This document shows positions 58,101 through 64,000 of a stretch of 64,000 bases of DNA, piece by piece (within the stretch, counting starts at the first letter, position 1; each line of letters starts with the position of its first letter). Origin of the DNA: Selaginella moellendorffii. Taxonomy: Eukaryota > Plantae > Lycopodiophyta. The position numbers and the translations under genes were made by a program. The stretch lies in contig NW_003314261.1 in the NCBI RefSeq assembly GCF_000143415.4, positions 6,413,729 to 6,477,728 of the forward strand. Direction: 5' to 3'. The notes beneath the pieces were generated by a model. That model made no database searches. It saw only the letters and a list, made by a program, of their open reading frames with translations, and was not told the DNA's origin.

Positions 58101-61100
58101 NNNNNNNNNNNNNNNNNNNNNNNNNNNNNNNNNNNNNNNNNNNNNNNNNNNNNNTTGGTATCTTCGGTTCTGGTATCTTGGGTATTGTTGGTATCTTTGG
58201 TTGTAGTTGTCTCAGTTTGCCAGGTAGTTCTGGTTCAGTGGGTATTGTTGATCACTGTAGTTGTTATTGTAGTCATTATTGTTATTGTTGTAGTTATTGT
58301 AGCGAGGTTGATCATTCCATTGTTGACTCTGTTGTTGGAAGTTGTTTCTCGGTGGTCTCCAGTTTGTCGGAGGTGGTGTCGGGTAGTTGTCGAAGTATTG
58401 ATTTGGATATGGTTGTCGAAACTGCTGTCGGGGATAGTTCGAGACTTGTCAAACTTCTGGAGAATTTTGAAATCTGCAAGTCTTGGCGTCATGACCTTCT
58501 TTGGCACAGATCTGGCATTTGGAGATTTGGAGCTTGTAGTCACTTGCTGAATGTCCTTCATTCTTGCACTTAGTACACCAAATTCCAGATCAAAATTCTT
58601 TGATGTCAGCCTTGGCTTTTCCCTTGAGCTTGTCGATTGTTTTCCTGGGTTTCCGAAGTTTTGACTTAGTGCTCTCTCCGAGTTCATCATCGGAGTTGTC
58701 ATTGGAACTACTGTCAAAATCTGAGTTATCCGTGTTGTCGACTTGTGCTGTCATTCGTCGAGCTTGAACATCTTGAAGGGCTCTTGCTAGTTCGAGGTAA
58801 GTGGTGACATTGATGTGTGTTGCTGCTTCCCAGAGGGATGTCGAAGGCCTTGCATGTACCATTGGTAAAGTAAAGTTTTGGTGGCACTGTTTTCGCATGT
58901 ACTAGCATGTCGAGTGAAGGTTTGAGTGGATTCGTCGATGGATTGACCAGACTTCTACTTGAGTTTTTGGATCTTGTGAAGTTGTTGGCTTTGAGTGAGG
59001 GAAGACTTGAATCGGTCAATGAGCTTGAGTGCAAGGTCGTCAAAACTTGTATTTTGAGGAAGCGTTTGAGCCCATTTGTTGGCTCTCTTTCGAAGGGTAC
59101 ATCGGAAGTAGTATGGGAGTTCGGTCACTTGGTTGTTGATGCAGATTGCTTCTCAGAACTGTTTGACATGTTTCTCTGCATCTTCTGACTTCAGACCATG
59201 AAATAGTGGATAGGAGACGTGTCTTCTGACAGGTATGTTAGCAACAGCGGTAGTGACTGCCATTTGCTGTTGGTAGTGATGTCGGTATTGTCAAGGTTGT
59301 TTTGTTGGATTCTCACCGTTGAGTCCAAAGGTGATTTGTAGCAAGGGGTTGTCAGGGTCGACGGCAAAGTTAGTGTAGGAGGAAGCTAGGGAATTGTTGT
59401 TGTTGTTTAGTGGACTCTCCTCTATTTTGTCTTCTGTGTTGGGACTGTTTTTGGGTGTGTCGTCGGTGTCGGGCTGCTTGCCGGTGTTGATCTCCGGAAG
59501 ATGGTGCTCGAACTTGTTGTGGACATACTTGTTGGAGTTATGTTGTATTGGTTGTGGTTGTTCTTCTAAATTGTTAAAGAGTTCTTCAAATGTCTAGTTG
59601 TGTGGTGATTGAGGTTGCTGTGGAAGATTGTTGTCGTCGACAATTGGTTCATCGATCTCGTTGTTGTTGGATGATTGTAGTTGTTCAGCAGCTCGGTGTG
59701 AGTTGTTGACTTGTTTGTCAAGTGCTTGACTATTGGATAATTCAGGTTGTTCTTCTTTATCGCTGTTGACTGGGTATATCGGAGTGCAACTGTAGTAGGT
59801 GAAGTCAAGTTGTTGTCTTGTCGGCGTATTGAAGTCGAAAGCGTGTTCGAAAGGTCTTGCTGATAGCAGGCTTTGGTAGATGTTGGAAGCAAATGTGGGA
59901 TATATTGGTGTTGTGAAGATTGGTCGGTATGGCAAAAATGGTACCGGTCTAGTGAAGTCTGTGAAGCCAGGCAGGAAACTTGGTTGTTTGTCATCACCGT
60001 AGATGGGGTTGGTGAATGTACCTTTGAAGTGGTTGTATGTTGCTTGAAAAATGTTTTGTTGCTCGGGCATAGTCTGTGTCAACTGCTCTAATGTTCAGTC
60101 AGGCTTGGGCACTTCAGTGGGTGCCATAGAGGGTGTTGGTTCAGGCTCAAGCACTTCAGTGGGTGCCGTCAAGGGTGCTGCTGGTGGTGTGTCCAATGGT
60201 GTTGTGTAGTTGTCATATTCTTCGCGGATGTCCGAGATTGGTTTGTCGGAGTTAGCTTGCGGTAACAATTCTTGTCAGATGTAATTCTCTCTCTTGGAGG
60301 GTTTGATAACTTGATTCAACTTCTCTTGGTCTTTCTTTCTCTTTGTTTCTAAATTCTTCAAATCTCTATCTAAACGTCGAATAAGCCGTTGTTGGTCTTC
60401 TTCGGACTTGCTAGATGTTCTTTTTGGTTTTGGATACATGCATTCTTCTACTTGTTGTCGGTGTCAGATTCGTGTCTGCAGTCGGTCATGGGATTCGAGC
60501 AGAACTTCAGGAAGACTGTCGATGGGCTGATTGTTGATAAAATTGTCAAGAATCTAGTAATGACGGATCTGGTCGACTTGTTTCTTGAGCTTGTTCTTTA
60601 TCGATGGTGGTGCGTGTTGGGTTGGGTTGTGTCGGGTGGTGGTTAGTCAAGTTGTGTTGGGTCGAGTTGGCTGGTGCAGTATGCAGACTAGTCTTCCACT
60701 TGCTGGTGCCGAGATGGAGTTCGATGAAGTACTTAGTTTGTCAGGAATAATTTCTTCGATAATGTCATCGAGTTGTTCAAGTCCGGATTGGGCGATGGCG
60801 TGATTGGCGAGAGTTGTTGCAGCAAACATGTTGATTTCAAACCGAGTTTAGACTGTCGTTTCGGTGCTGAGCTGCTGACTTTGTCGGAGGGGTTGCCGAA
60901 AAATCAGTGGTGCATTGTCAAGTTGTCCTTCGACGAGTTCTCTGATACCAGTTAACAAAGTGGTGGGTTCGTCGTTGGTGTAGGTTTTGAGGATGTGCTT
61001 CAGTATTGGGAGTGGGCGTGGGAGCTGGAATTGTGTTGGAGTGCTAGGATTGCCGGGTTGTCGACTGCGCGGAAGAGGGGTTCATTTCAGCAATGCTGTC

Positions 61101-62027
61101 GGTTTGTGTCAAGCACGCTGGTTGAGGGCTTGAGCTTGGAGTGTGTGGTCTTGTGCTCGGAGATGGAGTTTGGCAATGAAGTTGCCAAGGGCATCCGCTG
61201 ATGAAGGTGCTGGGTGACTGGAGTTTCTTGTCAAAGAGGGTCATTGGTGTCTCCGTCGATGATTGGACTTGGAGATCTTGAGAGAGAGCTTTCAGATTCT
61301 TCAAAGATCTCCTCTAGAAAGCATCTGTCTCTACTGCATTGGGTAGTGACCGCTTGGACGCCATTGATCCATGTTGGCAGTGGCATTTGCTTGTTGAATT
61401 TGGGTGAATTTACGAATTAGGGCGTAATTTGGGTGAATTTGGGCAAGGTGGGTAGATTTCTGAATTGTTCTTGCTATCTGCACACAGAGAATGGAGAAAG
61501 AATGGAAGAATTTGTGAACCTGAAGGGGAATTCAGAGGCCGTGGTCGCCAAATGAAGAGGTGTCGATACAAGAAGAAGTGTATTGTGGTTGCCAAATGAA
61601 GAGGTGTCGATACAAGAAGAAGAAGTGTATCATGGTCGCCAAATGAAGAGGTGTCGATACAAGAAGAAGAAGTGTATCATGGTCGCCAAATGAAGAGGTG
61701 TCGATACAAGAAGAAGAAGTGTATCATGGTTGCCAAATGAAGAGGTGTTGATACTCCTCTTCACTGGAAATCTATTATTAGTAAGAAAAAAAAAAAGAAA
61801 AGGGCCCAATCTCCAAGGGTTGAGAAGAAGGATGAGTGAAAGAATGCTGTGAATTGATAAGAAAATGATGAATGGAGATAAGGATCCACAACTCAGATTC
61901 CCCCCTTTGAAAGGCTGGTGGTTCTAACTGCCAACATATGCTATATGCTGGGCATGATCTAATCTATGGCTCTAATGCAGCCTTGGGTTCAAGGTCGGAG
62001 TCCCTTGAGCCTGGTTTTATTTATACA
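52144..62027 (-). mobile_element. Nested ~9.9-kb non-chromovirus (Athila/Tat-related) Ty3/gypsy element with an extra 3' ORF; contains two assembly gaps
   Basis: LTRs 52144-52473 and 61553-62027; TSD GGCGC/GGCAC; PPT 52474-52485; PBS TGGCGACCAC. RT WLSPLVVV and MPFGLCNAPFTFQR; RNase H NYTTTEKEALGM. Confidence 0.92.
61541..61755. repeat. 44-47-bp tandem array of PBS + LTR-end units (5 junction copies)
   Basis: TGGTYGCCAAA-TGAAGAGGTGT, with TGAAGAGG starting at 61553, 61597, 61644, 61691 and 61738. Confidence 0.92.
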
Positions 62028-62980
62028 GGCACAATCATGCAAGTGTGACTTTGATGCTTTTCCCTTTTGTCTCATACTTTTAAATATGTCTTTCATTCCT
62101 CTCACTTTTGTTCTTTTCTGTTTTTTTGCTTTTACCTTTATTTCCATCACTTTTGTTTCTTCATTATGTCTTTTTATGTTTCTATCTTGTTCCTCTATTC
62201 CTTCTTCAAATCCCTCTAATGGTCTTTTATTGCAATGGTTGAATTAACACTCAATCCCTATCCTCTATCTCTATTGTACTCTAGCCTATCACCAATGCAC
62301 ATCCATTTGCTCAAAACTCAGAGTATTCTATTGATGTCAAGCCTTCTTGCATGAGCCTTCTTGGGGATCGAAGGTCTTAGATTAGTTTTTAATTGATTCA
62401 TATGTTCAATAACATTTTTAGGGCGAGAAATACAGTGCCTACATAGAAATAATGACATCAAAAGCCCTTTAGTTTCTTGCAACTATAGTAGTGAACCATT
62501 GTAATAAATTCTCCATTGAATTCTCTTTCACACTTGCAATAAAACCATAATAGCCATACAACATCTTCTCCTAGTTTTCATTAACGACCATAGTAGGATA
62601 GAAGACATCACAATAAGAGCTAAAATTTGAGCAAGAAACACTAATAGTTGTGTTGCAACTAGAAGATCCTTGCTTAGAAAAAAAAAAAAAGTCAATAGCA
62701 ACAACATGAGAAGTAAATTTACTCCATAGTTGCAATTTACATATGAGCTATGGCCAAAATGTGCACTTATCTCCATTCCCTATCTTAGTGGCTTGCATAA
62801 TTGTCCCACAAGAATCATGCTCTACTCTCTTATATATTATGTCAATTGCCTCTTCAACTATTGTTAGTGAGGCATTAGATATAGAGCATAAATTAGAATG
62901 GATGGAAGAAGAAGTAAAGGAGTGGCACTCAAATGATTTGATTGATAGTGTGGTTTATATTACAATTTCTTATTAAACTC

Positions 62981-64000
62981 TGTGAGGTCTAAGTATATAG
63001 CTACGATGCCATATACTAATATTAGCATAGTGGGATTTTGGTAGCTGTCAGATTGGTTTCAATCTGAACTACTTACTCCTATATATAAGCTAAGGTTTTT
63101 AGGCTAATTGATATGCATATTTTCTATATTCCCTTTCCATATTCCAAACACTCATATTCATGGAGATGAGGGGCACTTTTGATTGTCCTTGATAAGTGCT
63201 TAGATTTGGGATTTTGGTTTAAATTTAGCTTTTGCATCATTTAAATCTAGCTTTTTCTATTTCCTTTCTTTTGTTTTTTCCTTTCGAGATTTTGGCTTAA
63301 ATCTACTTTTTACATTGTTTAGATCTCCATTCCCTTTTAGCTTTTTTTGTTTCTCTTCTTTTGCTCTTTCCTTTTCATTCATCTTTATGGCAGAGCAGCA
63401 ATCTCCTCCTCCTTTGACTCTAGAGCAGTAGTTGGTGCAATTGCTTGATGCTATATAATTGCAATTAAACAACCAAATTTAGTTGATGGTGGCATTCACA
63501 ACATGTGGTATAACTCCTCCTACTCGTGGTGCCAATTCTCATGTTCAGCCAAAGTTCTTTCATGAGAATCTTGGGGATGATGTGTATTATCGGTTCGATC
63601 ACTTCACAATGATTGTCATATATCATTCTTGAGATGATGCTCAACATTTGCGCGAGTTTCCCACGTGTCTCCAAGGGATAGCGCTACAATGGCTGGAGTA
63701 AGTGCATGCACAAGTTCTACAAAATCTTGATAAAGTGCTGGCCACAACATTCCCAACTTGATCTGTTCTGACAATTTGGCTCTGGATGAAGCAAGAGGCT
63801 TTGGAAATGAACACCAAATTGCATCACTAACTCAAATGGCCCTTGATGAAGACAATGCAATTGTTGGAATGCATCATCACAATTATCGGCATGTCTAAAT
63901 GTGCCTTTGAAGACGTCCAAGAGAATACTCCAATCCCCACAAGTGGCTACACTCAAACCATTGTACCACCCTTGACGATGCCTTTCTGTAGCGCACGTGG
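62981..64000 (+). mobile_element. Another short-LTR gypsy copy (5' LTR 62981-63156, PBS, gag with internal inversion)
   Basis: LTR matches the reverse complement of 47422-47596; TGGAGATGAGGGG PBS; degenerate gag. Confidence 0.88.

Noticed and set aside
55135-58154. ORFs spanning N runs
   Set aside because: Assembly gaps at 55135-55234 and 57992-58154.
61541-61755. CRISPR-like appearance of the short repeat array
   Set aside because: No unique spacers, eukaryotic context, and explained as LTR/PBS duplication.

Overview
Eukaryotic plant nuclear DNA. The very short (~50-70 nt) GT-AG introns, extreme gene density, long S/SS-rich PPR-DYW gene and ACL5 point to a lycophyte such as Selaginella (inference). 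A compact gene island (~8-42 kb) is flanked by transposon debris: a dead MULE/SWIM element at 1-2.6 kb and Ty3/gypsy remnants at 4-8 kb and 42.6-64 kb. The island holds two C/D snoRNAs (U24-like and snoR44/U79-U74-like), an ASCH protein, a PLS-PPR-DYW editing factor, DUF4228/PADRE, a NAT transporter, thermospermine synthase ACL5, PABN, UROS, tRNA-Arg(ACG), a class-3 lipase, a DRG GTPase, an intronless REase-like + pseudokinase gene, a meiotic axis gene, a PPR-like/14-3-3-like chimera and several pseudogenes. Main highlights: (1) an ASY3-like axis gene that still carries an animal SYCP2-like N-terminal ARM+PH module and a five-copy tandem exon array; (2) a ~225-nt G:U-biased RNA hairpin preceded by a 57-nt antisense copy of the nearby pseudokinase gene; (3) a degenerate 14-3-3 fused to PPR-like sequence; (4) a tRNA-Ala-primed short-LTR gypsy with a -1 frameshift slippery site plus pseudoknot; (5) a gypsy element whose LTR has multiplied its own PBS/U5 junction. 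All family assignments come from motif recognition by eye, not database searches. Exon boundaries are approximate.
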